From contig CBDBBO010000001.1 in NCBI GenBank assembly GCA_965203135.1, positions 1,780,983 through 1,844,982 of the forward strand: 64,000 nucleotides of DNA. The letters are read 5' to 3'. The translations under genes and the position numbers were made by a program. The notes beneath the pieces were generated by a model. The model was not told where the DNA came from. It saw nothing but the letters and a program-made list of their open reading frames with translations, and searched no databases. This stretch comes from Dehalococcoidia bacterium. GTDB taxonomy: Bacteria; Chloroflexota; Dehalococcoidia; Lucifugimonadales; CATOSD01. Of the stretch, positions 40,228-51,388 are shown in pieces; the stretch's first letter is position 1; each line of letters begins with the position of its first letter.

Positions 40228-43200
40228 GGGTCAGCCTGATACAGCGCATAGATAGCCATGATGTCGAATGGATGGGGAGAGCAGTCGGGCTCATTTAGCG
40301 GCGAAGGGGCCCACCTTGCCCAATCTTCAGGTACACCTTTATCATAGTTCATCACCGCGTCCGGAATCGTAGGGTGTGCGGCTTCATATGGTTGGACATC
40401 CTCAAAGAACGACCAGAAAGGTTCCGTAACAAGACCCGCGTAACTGAAGTTGGATAGCCCCAGGGCATGTCCTGCTTCGTGCACAGCGAGCCTGTAAGCC
40501 TTGTAACCATTGTCGGGATCGGCGTCGGCCGGGTTCACAGCGTCCAGGCAGGTGTTGAACTGAGTACTGGCAGGCATTTTAACTGGATTCACGAAGCTCT
40601 CCTGGTTGAAGGTCACATCAACGCTTACTATCTCATTCTTTGCCTCCCTGTTGCTAAGGAACGCTCTCAATAGGATACGCCTCTGGATGTTCGGTAGGGC
40701 ATTACAGCCTAGGAGATCCTCGTTCTCACAGGCATCAATCGCTTGAGCATGCTGCCTCCGTAGTATGCTATCTGGGCCAATGCCGGAATAGCCAGAGAAC
40801 GAGGTGACACAGGCATCGGCACCCGCGACGCACAACTTGAACACGTCCGAATCAACCTCAGGGAATGACAGGACTTTAGACAGTCCATTGGCTGCATCGA
40901 GCATCCTGACTTCACTTCGGTCATCATCATCCATGATGAACTCACTCATTCTGGTGGAAGTGGACTTTTCGGAACAACGCCATACGCCCACACCATCAAC
41001 GCGAGGCGTCATGGTGATGAAGTTGTCTGTTGAGGTTGCCCACTCCCCAAAGGCGCTCTTGATGAGTTCAACCCATTGGTCATTCTCATTGACCAATGGA
41101 GTAGATGCATCATCGGGGGGGAAAGTGTCTCTGCAGATGATGTATTCGAACTCTCGATTCCGGTGGTGTCCAAAGAAAGTGTATGTCCCCACCACGCTGT
41201 CATTCGCTGGAACATCGCCAGACGGCCAGACGAAGGCATCCCTTGCAGAGAACACCTTATCGCCCGTAGTCGTCTCGTAGTTGAATTGGAATGCGTAGAT
41301 TGGCTCTGCGCGACCGCGACTCCCCTTTTCAAACGGCAGGCCTCTGATCGTTGTTGATGTCAGTGAAGGAGAGACATTCACAGGTGAAGAGTATTCACTA
41401 CCATAGTAAGGCCAACCTGCCCTTTCAGGCCACTCATGGTTGTCGTGGCTGACATGCCTGGTGTTCTGACCAGAGCCTCGCTCGTAGCTGCCCAATCGCC
41501 TGTGTCTGATCGAGTATGCCTTAACATGCGATATGCCGATCCACTCCAAGCGAGCTTCGCCCTTGCCGGAAGCCCTTGCACTGCCACCCTCAGTCAGTAG
41601 GGGGTTGTCTATAACCCTGATGATGTCGCTGTGTGTGCTGTCTATCTGCCCTATGCCGTCGCCCACCGCCCTTACGCGATACTCATATGACTCGCCAACG
41701 CCTAGATGCGCCATGCCATACTCCGTGTCCGGAACCGTGCTCGTACTCACCCATACCGAGTCCAGTATGATAGTCGCGCTTGCGTTGGACACTGGCAGAA
41801 GGACATTCGCCTGCCGCCACGTCGATGTAGCGCTATTCCGAACCTCCACCTCGTACCCGCTGGCTCTTGCGTCCCCATCCCAACTCAGTTCGGCTCTGCG
41901 AAGAGAGAGCGGAGAGACTATAAGGTTGGTAGGAGCGCTGAGTGTGGCCATCGGCGTCGCTTCAACGTGTGTCGTCCAATCGGATTCGTCTGCGCTGTTC
42001 ACGCTCCTGACCCGGTGAGCGTACGACGTGCCGTTGGTCAGTCCCCCGACATTGGCCGTGGAGTCGGCTATGGTGACTGTTGTGGTGGAGCCATCGAGGG
42101 TGAAGGGGGCGAAGGGCAGCGTGCGCCATGTTAGGTTTCCTGGAGAGCCGTCCCACTGCTGCACCTCGTACGAGGCCGCGCGGGCGGCGTCGTCCCAGTC
42201 CAGCGTTATCGTGCCGTCGCCGGTTGTGGTGGCCAGGTTGGTCGGTATGTCAGGGGGCAGTTCTTCAACCGTCACATCGAATAGGTCCACTACCCACAGT
42301 GTTCCAGGATGGCCGGGAGGGCCGTCCCACGCAACGACCGTGACCGACACGGAGCCTGCGGATAACGCCTCGAGTGTGAGCGTGCTTCCGCTGACCGTGG
42401 GATTCACGACGCTAGTGTCCTGCGACGTGACCGTGTAGATGAGAAAGGTCCCGTCAGGGTCGCCGAAAGTCCTGTACAGGTCAATCGTCGTGGAGGCTCC
42501 GGCGGTCATCGTCCTGTCGGCGATCTCCGTGTCTACAAACGGCCACTCGTTCACGTTGGTGACGGTGACGGTCACGTTACTGTCAGCCCTGAGATCGCCG
42601 TCGCTTGCACTGACCGTGACCTCGTACACATTGTTCCTGCCAGAGTCGATGGGATTCTCAAAGTCCGGGGCACTCTTGAAGGTGAGTTCGCCGCCGGAGA
42701 AGTTGAAGTCGCCGGCATCGGTGCCGCTAAGCGACCACTCTATGCCGCGGCCGCAAGAAGCCGAAGCGCGGTAGATCGCGACATTACCCCTACCGTTCTC
42801 GGAATAGAACAGGGGTGAGGCCGGACCCCTGATGACCGGCGCCGAGTGCCGATCGTCGTCCGTAATGGCGATTTTCGCTTCCTTCTGCGAACCCTCCACC
42901 ACTCCAGTCGGCCGGGTCCCGAAGCTCAGTTGTATCTCCTCGTCCGCACAATCCGTGTCGTGAAAAATGAAGTACGTGAATGCACTGGACGTGGCGTTGC
43001 TGCTGAATCTGGCCGTGCGTTCGAATCGCGGGCCCACCTTCACAGGTATGCGCAAGCTATGGCCCGGCGTCTTGCTCAGCTTGACTGTGATATCCACGCT
43101 CGAACCCTCGTTCACCGAGTACTCCTTCGAGCCGAACATCACACAGATTTCGTCGTCCGCGATGACGATGTCAGCGTCGTCTTGCGAACCGTTCGACACG

Positions 43201-44264
43201 TTAGGCGGCGGGTCGCCGAGGCTCAGTTCAATCCTCTCGTTCTCACAACCTCTGTCATGGTTGGTTCTGACAGTGAACGACTCCGACGTGTCATGCGGCT
43301 CGAAGGCCAGCTTGCCATTGGCCAGACCGCTCACGCTGTAGTCTTCGCTTTCAGCCGTATCCGCAGTTACCGTTACCGGTATACTGAACGTGTGGCCGGT
43401 CGGATGGCTGAGATTGACCGTGACAACCGCGTCCGATCCCTCGTTGACGTCGTATGTCGCCCTGCTGAACCCTACGGTCGGGTCGGCGACATTCAGGAAG
43501 TGGTCCGTCAAGCCGGATGAGGCGATGGCGTTGCCTCCCACCTCTTCCACCCACGCCCAGAGATATGACCCCGGCGCCGCGCAGCCGTAGGCGTCGTAGC
43601 TGCTGGTGGCCGAGGTCGCGCCCCGTATGGTTTCGGTCTCTTTGAAGTTGGTGCAGCCTCGGTTGAACGCCGCGCTGATTCCGTTCAGCACGACCGTGTT
43701 CAGCTCGTATGTCTTGGCTCTGCTGAGTCCCGTCGCGCTGACCGAGAAATCGTCTTTCGAACCGCCCGGTATCAGGTCCGCCGAAGTGACGCCGCTGAGA
43801 GCCACCGAGAGCGGCGCCTGCCCGACCACTCCTCGAGGGGTGATGGTTACGCTCACCTCCTCGATTACGTGTTCCGTGCCGGACGCGACCAGCCGCACGT
43901 AGCCGTCGCCGACCGAGCAGGCGTTCAGCGTGACCCAGGTGGGCGCGGCGGCGGGCTGCGTGGCTCCGGGCGTGGCGCCGTCGCACGCCTGGCCTTCCGG
44001 CGTGAAGTGCTCGCTGTAGTGGATTTCCACTTCCGTATCGAGCGGGGCCACGTGGAGGCCGACGGCGAGCGTCGTCTGCCCCACTTGCACCACGCCTGGC
44101 ACCACTACCAGTTCTCCGGTGGGCGTGGAGGTCGCGGTAGACCCCTCCTGCGCCCGTACCGTCTCTATGCCGCTCGACGGGTCGAAGAGAACGGCCGCCA
44201 GCGCCAGGAGGCTCATCGCCACCACCGCGAGCGGGATTGTCGGCGCTAGGCGATGGCCAGACAT
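40224..44264 (-). CDS. Secreted protein A2: conserved stalk (Calx-beta, cadherin, FN3) + C-terminal zinc metallopeptidase (metzincin-like)
   Basis: Signal peptide, VNEG/DDE Calx-beta motifs, PDFENP cadherin, FN3, HEAGHALGL and AVMNY Met-turn. Confidence 0.85.
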   Translation of the reverse strand: MSGHRLAPTIPLAVVAMSLLALAAVLFDPSSGIETVRAQEGSTATSTPTGELVVVPGVVQVGQTTLAVGLHVAPLDTEVEIHYSEHFTPEGQACDGATPGATQPAAAPTWVTLNACSVGDGYVRLVASGTEHVIEEVSVTITPRGVVGQAPLSVALSGVTSADLIPGGSKDDFSVSATGLSRAKTYELNTVVLNGISAAFNRGCTNFKETETIRGATSATSSYDAYGCAAPGSYLWAWVEEVGGNAIASSGLTDHFLNVADPTVGFSRATYDVNEGSDAVVTVNLSHPTGHTFSIPVTVTADTAESEDYSVSGLANGKLAFEPHDTSESFTVRTNHDRGCENERIELSLGDPPPNVSNGSQDDADIVIADDEICVMFGSKEYSVNEGSSVDITVKLSKTPGHSLRIPVKVGPRFERTARFSSNATSSAFTYFIFHDTDCADEEIQLSFGTRPTGVVEGSQKEAKIAITDDDRHSAPVIRGPASPLFYSENGRGNVAIYRASASCGRGIEWSLSGTDAGDFNFSGGELTFKSAPDFENPIDSGRNNVYEVTVSASDGDLRADSNVTVTVTNVNEWPFVDTEIADRTMTAGASTTIDLYRTFGDPDGTFLIYTVTSQDTSVVNPTVSGSTLTLEALSAGSVSVTVVAWDGPPGHPGTLWVVDLFDVTVEELPPDIPTNLATTTGDGTITLDWDDAARAASYEVQQWDGSPGNLTWRTLPFAPFTLDGSTTTVTIADSTANVGGLTNGTSYAHRVRSVNSADESDWTTHVEATPMATLSAPTNLIVSPLSLRRAELSWDGDARASGYEVEVRNSATSTWRQANVLLPVSNASATIILDSVWVSTSTVPDTEYGMAHLGVGESYEYRVRAVGDGIGQIDSTHSDIIRVIDNPLLTEGGSARASGKGEARLEWIGISHVKAYSIRHRRLGSYERGSGQNTRHVSHDNHEWPERAGWPYYGSEYSSPVNVSPSLTSTTIRGLPFEKGSRGRAEPIYAFQFNYETTTGDKVFSARDAFVWPSGDVPANDSVVGTYTFFGHHRNREFEYIICRDTFPPDDASTPLVNENDQWVELIKSAFGEWATSTDNFITMTPRVDGVGVWRCSEKSTSTRMSEFIMDDDDRSEVRMLDAANGLSKVLSFPEVDSDVFKLCVAGADACVTSFSGYSGIGPDSILRRQHAQAIDACENEDLLGCNALPNIQRRILLRAFLSNREAKNEIVSVDVTFNQESFVNPVKMPASTQFNTCLDAVNPADADPDNGYKAYRLAVHEAGHALGLSNFSYAGLVTEPFWSFFEDVQPYEAAHPTIPDAVMNYDKGVPEDWARWAPSPLNEPDCSPHPFDIMAIYALYQADP

Positions 44265-44328
44265 AACGCGCGTCCTCTGCTGCCGTGGCGCTCTGCCTCA
44301 TGCCGAAAAGGAAGCGCCTCCCGCATGC

Positions 44329-44358
44329 AGTGTACACACCCGCAGGAGGGTGTCGCAA
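44329..44358 (-). promoter_or_regulatory. Putative sigma70 promoter of A2
   Basis: TTGCGA-N18-TACACT; homologous sequence lies upstream of A1. Confidence 0.6.
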
Positions 44359-44388
44359 CGGCGCGCCGCGAATGGAAAGCGGCGCACC

Positions 44389-47300
44389 CTAGCCGGGATC
44401 CGTGACGCTGACCACCACCGTGGCCGTCGCCGCGCCGCCCCTGCCGTCGGCGGCCCGGACCGTCAGCGTGTGCGACGCCGCGGTCTTCCGGCTCAGCGCG
44501 CCCGCCACCGTGAGCGCGCCCGTGGCCGGGTCTATGGCGAACTCGCCGCCGTCGTTGCCCGCCGTGATGGAGTAGGACACCGCGTCGCCCGCGTCGGGGT
44601 CGGTCGCCGACACCGTTCCCACCGGCGTGCTCGTCGCCGCGTTCTCGGCCACGCTGAAGGCGTAGCTGGACGTGGCGAACACCGGCGCGCGGTTGGCGCA
44701 GTCGGGCAGACCCAGGTCCGCGAGGTCGTTGTTCGCCGCCTCCCGAAGCCCGAGGGGGACGCAGCCCGTAAGCGCGTTGCCCGCGAGGAACAGATAGTCG
44801 AGGTCGAGCCGAGCGAGGCCCGGGGGTATGGCGCCGATGAGCCGGTTGTCGGAGAGCCACAGCTCCTCCAACTCGGCCAGCTCGGCCAGCGCCGGGGGTA
44901 TGGAGCCTGTCAGCCGGTTGTTGCTGAGGTTGAGTTCGGTCAACTCGGTGAGTTCTCCCAGCCGCGCGGGGACGGCGCCGCTCAGGTCGTTGCCGCTGAG
45001 GTAGAGCACCTGGAGGCTGGCGAGGCCGCCCAGTTCGGGCGGTATCTCGCCCGTCAGGTCGTTGTCGAACAGGTGGAGGTGCGTCAGGTTGGCGAGGCCG
45101 CCCAGCTCCGGCGGTATCCCGCCCGTGAGCCGGTTTGTGTCGAGGTCGAGCCTGGCCAGGTTGGAGAGTTGGCCCAGTTCGGGAGGTATCTTCCCTGTGA
45201 GCCGGTTGTCGAACAGGAAGAGGTGCTTGAGGTTGGAGAGTTGTCCCAGTTGTGGGGGGACCGGGCCGGTGAGAGCGTTCTCGTAGAGGTCTATCCTGGT
45301 CAGCCCGGTGAGCGCGCCCAGCGCCGGCGGTATGGAGCCGTCCAGGCCCAGTTCGGCGAGTCTGAGTTGTTGGACGCGGCCTCCCCGCACGCGCACGCCC
45401 TGCCAGTCGGTGATGGGGTTGTCGGCGCTCCAGTCGAGGCTGAATGAGCCCGCGAGCGTCCGCATGACGCCGTGGTAGAGGATGAGGCAGTCGGCGACCA
45501 GGTCTGCGCCGGTGTGCGGTAGGACCACCCCGTCGCGGCAGACGGAGGTCACCGCTATCACCACCTTGGCGGTGGCCGCGCCTCCGTCGGCGTCGGCGGC
45601 CCGGACGGTGAGGACGCGGGACGGCGCGGGTTCGAGGAAGAGTGGGCCAGCGACGCTGATGCGGCCCGTGGCCGAGTCTATGGCGAAGACTCCGGCGTCG
45701 TTGCCGGCCGTAATCGAGTACGACACCGCGCCGCCTTCGGGGTCGGTCGCGGACACCACACCCACCGGCGTTCCGGTGGCGGCGCCCGCATCGATGGTGA
45801 AGGCGTAGCTGGACGTGGCGAACACCGGGGGCCGAGAGCACGCGCCGGTCGTCGCCGTGGCGGTCGCGGACCATAGGCCGGCCTGTCGGTCGTAGGTGGT
45901 CCCGTCTCCGTACGCGCCCACCCGGAACTCGTATGTGGCGCCGCAGCGCAGGCCGGCCGCCTTGTGGGTCGTGCCCGTAACGCTGGCGTCCACGCTCTGC
46001 CACGCCTCTTGCCCGCTCTCGCGGCGCTGGACTTGGTAGCCCGACGCGCCGCTCACCGGGTTCCAGGACAGGTCGGCTGCGTCCATTGCCGACGGTGCGG
46101 CCGTCAGGCCGGTGGGAGCGGGCGCGTATGGCAGCGCCTCGCGTATGCGCAGCATCAGCTTGGCGCCGTCCTCCCACGACTGGGATGGCACGGGCCAACT
46201 CAGCGTGGCGTTGGGCGCGTCCACCGCGGCGTCCGACACCGACAGGGACAGAGACACCGTTCCGTCCAGCTCGATGAAGTCGAGCCTGTGGCCCGCGAGA
46301 CCGGTGTGGGGGCTGAGCCTCATCTCGACGCTGCCGGATTCCCACGCGATGCGCTGGATGGTCGAGGTCGCGCCGTTGGTATCGGTGAACGACGCGAGCT
46401 TGAGGACGCCGTTGGCGCTGTCGGCGGCGACGGCGTTGCCGTCCGTGACGGGGTCGAAGAACGCCTCGTGGAGCGTGCCTTCGGGGGCGATGGCGCTGAC
46501 CGTCCATTCGGTAACGAGAAAGGCGTTACACGGTATCATATTGGGTTCCAGGTCTTTTACGGTGAATCTGTAGTCCCCAGCCGGAATCGGTCGCACCGGC
46601 CTGAGAGACTGCGTGTACCGTATGAAGTCAATTCCATCGGTGAGAACACCGTCGCGGTTCCAATCGTCGGGAGTCGTGGGGCCATCGACAGTCTCGAACA
46701 GGTCGGCGTCTCCGCCTTCGAGCGAGGTCTGCATTCTGGTGTCAGGGTAAATGCCAAACCCATCGCTCTCGAATATCACCGTGCCCGCGGGCGATCCGGA
46801 CACCAGCCTGTGGGTGTCGAGGACAGCTCTGATACCCAACTTCCTGCCCTCGCTTTGGGCGTGCCGTTCCTCGCGCTCAGCTTGGTATTTGATGCTGACG
46901 CAATTCCTGTAAGCTTCAGAGCCGTCGCCTGCGTTCAACTCGGCGTTGATCGCAGCGATGCGGCTCTTCAACTCCCGAATGGTTATCGTAGGGGTGTCCT
47001 TGCCCGGCTCGGGCACGGCGAGCAGAAACTCCTGGTCGTCCCCCGTCGCGCTCGTCCCCGCGGACGGAAGCCACAACTTGCTATATCGGTCTTGCAGGCT
47101 GTACCTGTCCTGGTAGGGGCCGCCGATAGACAGGAAGTAGTCGTTGGCCCCCTGTACTGCCGCGCTGAAGATATCGTAATGGTCATCGCTATTGAGGAAG
47201 ATGATCGCCTCGAGGTCGTCCCAGGTGGTAACCTTGTTGGCGGCGATGCCCGGCTCTGTGTCCTCGGCCTCACTCTGGGTGTCGTAGCCTCCACCCTGAA

Positions 47301-47661
47301 TTGCGAATGCGGTAATGCTGCTCTCGCCGGACCCGCGCAGGTACTCGCTCACCGTCAGGTGAAACCTCAGGGCGACGTAGTGATAGTCGCTCCATTCTTC
47401 AGTCGTCGTCGTGGCAATCTCACTCGTCGTCGTGGCCAACCGCGCCTTGACGATGGTGTCGGCATTCACTATCCGCTCTTCTATGGACTGCTCTCCGTGG
47501 TAGGGCTGCTTCGCGCCTGCGGCGGCCGGAGGGATGCCCGTGGACGGGGGCGGCGCAGGGGGCGCTGCGGGCGGCTCTGCCTGTTCGTCTGGTCGCGTGA
47601 CCAGGGAACAGGCCAGCAGCGCGCAGGCCAGCAGCATCGCAATGATAAGTTGCGTCCTCAT
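44389..47661 (-). CDS. Lipoprotein B1: variable N-terminal domain + FN3 + cadherin + LRR + cadherin
   Basis: MRTQLIIAMLLACALLAC lipobox; C-terminal approx. 485 aa near-identical to B2. Confidence 0.88.
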   Translation of the reverse strand: MRTQLIIAMLLACALLACSLVTRPDEQAEPPAAPPAPPPSTGIPPAAAGAKQPYHGEQSIEERIVNADTIVKARLATTTSEIATTTTEEWSDYHYVALRFHLTVSEYLRGSGESSITAFAIQGGGYDTQSEAEDTEPGIAANKVTTWDDLEAIIFLNSDDHYDIFSAAVQGANDYFLSIGGPYQDRYSLQDRYSKLWLPSAGTSATGDDQEFLLAVPEPGKDTPTITIRELKSRIAAINAELNAGDGSEAYRNCVSIKYQAEREERHAQSEGRKLGIRAVLDTHRLVSGSPAGTVIFESDGFGIYPDTRMQTSLEGGDADLFETVDGPTTPDDWNRDGVLTDGIDFIRYTQSLRPVRPIPAGDYRFTVKDLEPNMIPCNAFLVTEWTVSAIAPEGTLHEAFFDPVTDGNAVAADSANGVLKLASFTDTNGATSTIQRIAWESGSVEMRLSPHTGLAGHRLDFIELDGTVSLSLSVSDAAVDAPNATLSWPVPSQSWEDGAKLMLRIREALPYAPAPTGLTAAPSAMDAADLSWNPVSGASGYQVQRRESGQEAWQSVDASVTGTTHKAAGLRCGATYEFRVGAYGDGTTYDRQAGLWSATATATTGACSRPPVFATSSYAFTIDAGAATGTPVGVVSATDPEGGAVSYSITAGNDAGVFAIDSATGRISVAGPLFLEPAPSRVLTVRAADADGGAATAKVVIAVTSVCRDGVVLPHTGADLVADCLILYHGVMRTLAGSFSLDWSADNPITDWQGVRVRGGRVQQLRLAELGLDGSIPPALGALTGLTRIDLYENALTGPVPPQLGQLSNLKHLFLFDNRLTGKIPPELGQLSNLARLDLDTNRLTGGIPPELGGLANLTHLHLFDNDLTGEIPPELGGLASLQVLYLSGNDLSGAVPARLGELTELTELNLSNNRLTGSIPPALAELAELEELWLSDNRLIGAIPPGLARLDLDYLFLAGNALTGCVPLGLREAANNDLADLGLPDCANRAPVFATSSYAFSVAENAATSTPVGTVSATDPDAGDAVSYSITAGNDGGEFAIDPATGALTVAGALSRKTAASHTLTVRAADGRGGAATATVVVSVTDPG

Positions 47662-47696
47662 GGCTACCCTCTCAACTTCAGGTGTCTCTCGGAGCA

Positions 47697-50600
47697 CTAC
47701 TTCGCGGCGTGACTTGAATGGCGCCTGTAGATGGCCTCGAGCTGCGCGATGTCCGTGTCCTGTATGCTCTTGGCATCCCAGTACGCATTCATTATGGCAA
47801 GCTCGGCGTTTAGTTGTGGGTCATAGTTTGTAGACGGGTGGGGACCCCGAACTGAGTAGAAGTCCGGCAGACCCAGTGTGTGTCCTAGCTCGTGGAGCGC
47901 CAGATGCTCGGCATGAACAAAGTAAATGCGGGGCGGGCCCCGTGTTATCCGTATGCCGCTCAGGTTCGGGTTGCTCGTCCATACATACCTTATCTGCTCG
48001 GCAGGCAAACACGGATTGAGAGGGCTGTCACACCCATAGGGCGGGTCTTCGAAGATCACGTCCATGTTCGTGATGTGGCCGCCTACACCGTCGCGTGTGG
48101 GTATGGGCGTACCGGTCAGAGCTACACAGGCGTGGCTGCTCCCGCATCCGGTAAGGTTGTCTCTGGGCGAGCTCGGGGCCACAGTCTTGATGGTGGCTGT
48201 GTACCCGTCAGAATTGCGGCTGCGGCAGTCGTTGTCGGCGGTATCGCATATGCTCAGGACGGGGTTGATGCTGGTGTTCCACTGGGCAATCGCCGTCGGT
48301 ATCGCGGTCTCAAGGCTCATCTCAGAAATGGCGCCTATGGTATAGCCGACGGTGTGGTCGGCCTGGTGCCCCCACGCGTGCGTTGGTTCTTCCGCCAAGA
48401 GCCCCGCGCTCGTGGCCGCGGGGCCGCTGCCCGAACCGTTATGACCCTTGACGGAGAACGTGTAGTCGGTTCCCGGAACCAGTCCGAGCACGTTGAGGGA
48501 GAATGTGGCTGGGAAGCGGGCGCTTCCAGGGCTGACCTCTACCCAGGGGAAGTTCGGTATCTGGGATACGGTATGGGGTCCACTGGCGAAGCTGAACTCC
48601 AACGATGGGCTGTGGGGCGTCGCCCTGACCATGTAGGACGATGCGTTGGCGACACTTGGCACCCATTCAAGCAGAAAGCCCCTGTACCCTATCAGGTGGC
48701 TGACTGTCGGAGTGGGCGGCGCCGCCAAAGGCGATTCATCAGTAACGGTCGTCGAGACCACGTTGGATTCGGCGGACTTACCCTGCACGCTCTGGGCCTT
48801 TATCCTGTGCTCGTATTCCTCGCCGGGAGTAAGCCCGCTGACAACGACCTGGATCCTGCCGCCGCTAGTGGTTATTGAGCCTATGGTCACGCCATCATGC
48901 GGTAGCCTCCTCCATCCGGAGTCGAGCGGATTCAGGGTCGGGAAAAGCTGCTCTACGTGGTAGTTGCCGTCCAGATCATCGGCGACGTCGGGATTGGGAA
49001 CGGGGTCCCAAGAGAGCGTTAACTGCCTGTATTGCATCGCCACGTACTGGCCTTGCAGGTTCTGTGGGGCCGGCCTCAGGTTGACGGTGACTTCGCTCGA
49101 ATCGGCGGTCTGGCTGTCTCTGACGGCTCGAATGATGAACATGTGATACTCAGCGGTGTCGAGGCCATCGACCATCGTTGTGGTTACGCCGCTTCCCAGG
49201 ACCTGAATCGTGGTGTAGACACAAGGGCCGGGCGGGATGCGACGGCTCCTGCAATGTCGCACCTCATAGCCCGTCGCGTCTGATACAGCGTCCCAGTCGA
49301 GGCTGACGGTACCCGCAGTCCTTGTAAGTGTGTAGGTGAGATTTTCAGGCATTTCGAGTGGCGGCGGCTCCACCGTCACCGTGAATTGGTTGAATGCCCA
49401 CAGTGTGCCGGGCCGGTTGGGAGGCCCGTCCCACGCAATGACCGTGACCGGCACGGAGCCTGCGGATAACGCGCCAAGTGTAAGATCGCTTCCGCTAAGG
49501 GTGGGATTCACGACGCTAGTGTCCCCCGACGTGACCGTGTAGATGAGAAAGGTTCCATCAGGGTCGCTGAAGGTATCAGTCAGGTCGACAGTAGTGGAGT
49601 CGCCGGCGGTCATCGTCATGGCGGCGATCGGCGAATCTACAAACGGCGGCTCGTTGACATTGGTGACGGTGACGGTCACGTCCAGATCACCACTGGAACT
49701 GCCGTCGCTGGCCGTGACCGTGACCAGGTATTCGTTGTCTTGGCCGTCGTCGGTGGGATTCTCGAAGTCGGGGGTATTGTTGAAGTTGAGTTTGCCGTCG
49801 GAGGTGATGTTGAAGACGCCTGCATCGGTGCCGCTTAACGACCAGCTTATGGACCTGCCGCATGAAACCGAAGCGTCGTAGGTCGCCACCTCGTCGTCAC
49901 CGTTCTCGGCATAGTTCGGTGAGGCCGGACCGTCGATGACCGGTGCCGAATACGTATCGTTGTCCAGATGGGTGATGCGGGACACGTTCGGCGAACCGTC
50001 CACGACTCCACTCGGCCGCCTGCCGAAGGTCAGTTCTACCTGCTCGTTCGCACAGTTCCTGTCGTTCGGGGCTACGTAGGGGAAGGTATTCCTCGTGGCG
50101 TTATTGCCGAAGGTCACCGTGCGGTTGGTCCCCGGGGTCGCAATTACTATTACACTCACGGTACGGCCCGGCGCCCTGCTCAGCGTGACTTCGATGTGCC
50201 CGGTCGTACCCTCGTTCACCGTGTAATTCCTGGAGCGGAACATCACACAGACTTCGTCATCGGCAATTACGATTTCCGAATCGTCCTGCGTGTCTTGCGT
50301 AGGCTCGGACACGTGAGACGGTAGGTTTCCTATGCTCAGTTCTATCCTCTCGTTCACACAATCGCCGTCGTGGTTGGTGCTGACAGTGAACGACTCTTCG
50401 GTATCGTGAGGCTCGAATGTCAGCTCGCCCCTGGTCAGGCCGCTCACGCTGTAGTCGTTGCCTTCGGCCGTATCCGCGGTTACCGACACGGGTATTCTGA
50501 GTCTGTGCCCGGTCGGATGGCTGAGATTGACCGTGACAACCGCGTTCGCTCCCTCGTTGACGTCGTATGTCTCGCTGCTGAACTCTACGGTCGGGTCCGC

Positions 50601-51294
50601 GACGTTCAGGAAGTGGTCGTGCAGACCGGATGAGGCGATGGCGTTGCCGCCCACCTCTTCCACCCACGCCCAGAGGTATGACCCCGGCGCCGCGCAGCCG
50701 TAGGCCTTGTAGCTGCTGGTGGCCGAGGTCGCGCCCCGTATGGTCTCGGTCTCTTTGAAGTCGGTGCAGCCTCGGTTGAACGCCGCGCTTACTCCGTTCA
50801 GCACGACTGTGTTCAGTTCGTATGTCTTGCCGCTGCTGAGTCCCGTCGCGCTGACCGTGAACTCGTCTTCCGGACCGCCCGGTATCAGGTCCGCCGAAGT
50901 GACGTCGTCGAGAGTCACCGTGAGCGGCGCCTGTCCGACTAGTCCTCGTGGAGTGACGGTTACGCTCTCTTCCTCGATTACGTGTTCGGTGCCGGACGCG
51001 ACCAGCCGCACGTAGCCGTCGCCGACCGAGCAGGCGTTCAGTGTGACCCAGGTGGGCGCGGCGGCGGGCTGGGTGGCTCCGGGCGTGGCGCCGTCGCACG
51101 CCTGGCCTTCCGGCGTGAAGTGCTCGCTGTAGTGGATTTCGACTTCCGTACCGAACGGGTCCACGTGCAAGCCGACGGCGAGCGTCGTCTGCCCCACCTG
51201 CACCACGCCCGGCACCACTACCAGTTCTCCGGTGGGCGTAGAGGTCGCGGTAGACCCCTCCTGCGCCCGTACCGTCTCTATCCCATTCGACGGG
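47697..51294 (-). CDS. Protein A1: paralog of A2 with a different metallopeptidase tip; 5'-truncated (no original start or signal peptide)
   Basis: Stalk homologous to A2 (offset 7113) up to 51294; first in-frame start is GTG 51218; HELGHTLGLPD and AIMN. Confidence 0.8.
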
Positions 51295-51320
51295 CCTGCG
51301 GGAAGCGGCCCGCCAAGCGC

Positions 51321-51349
51321 AGTATACCCGCCCGCCAGAGGCGTCGCAA
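51321..51349 (-). promoter_or_regulatory. Putative sigma70 promoter of A1
   Basis: TTGCGA-N17-TATACT, homologous to the A2 promoter. Confidence 0.65.
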
Positions 51350-51388
51350 CGGCACGCCGCGGGGCGCGGGCTGCGGCAGTCTACCGGC

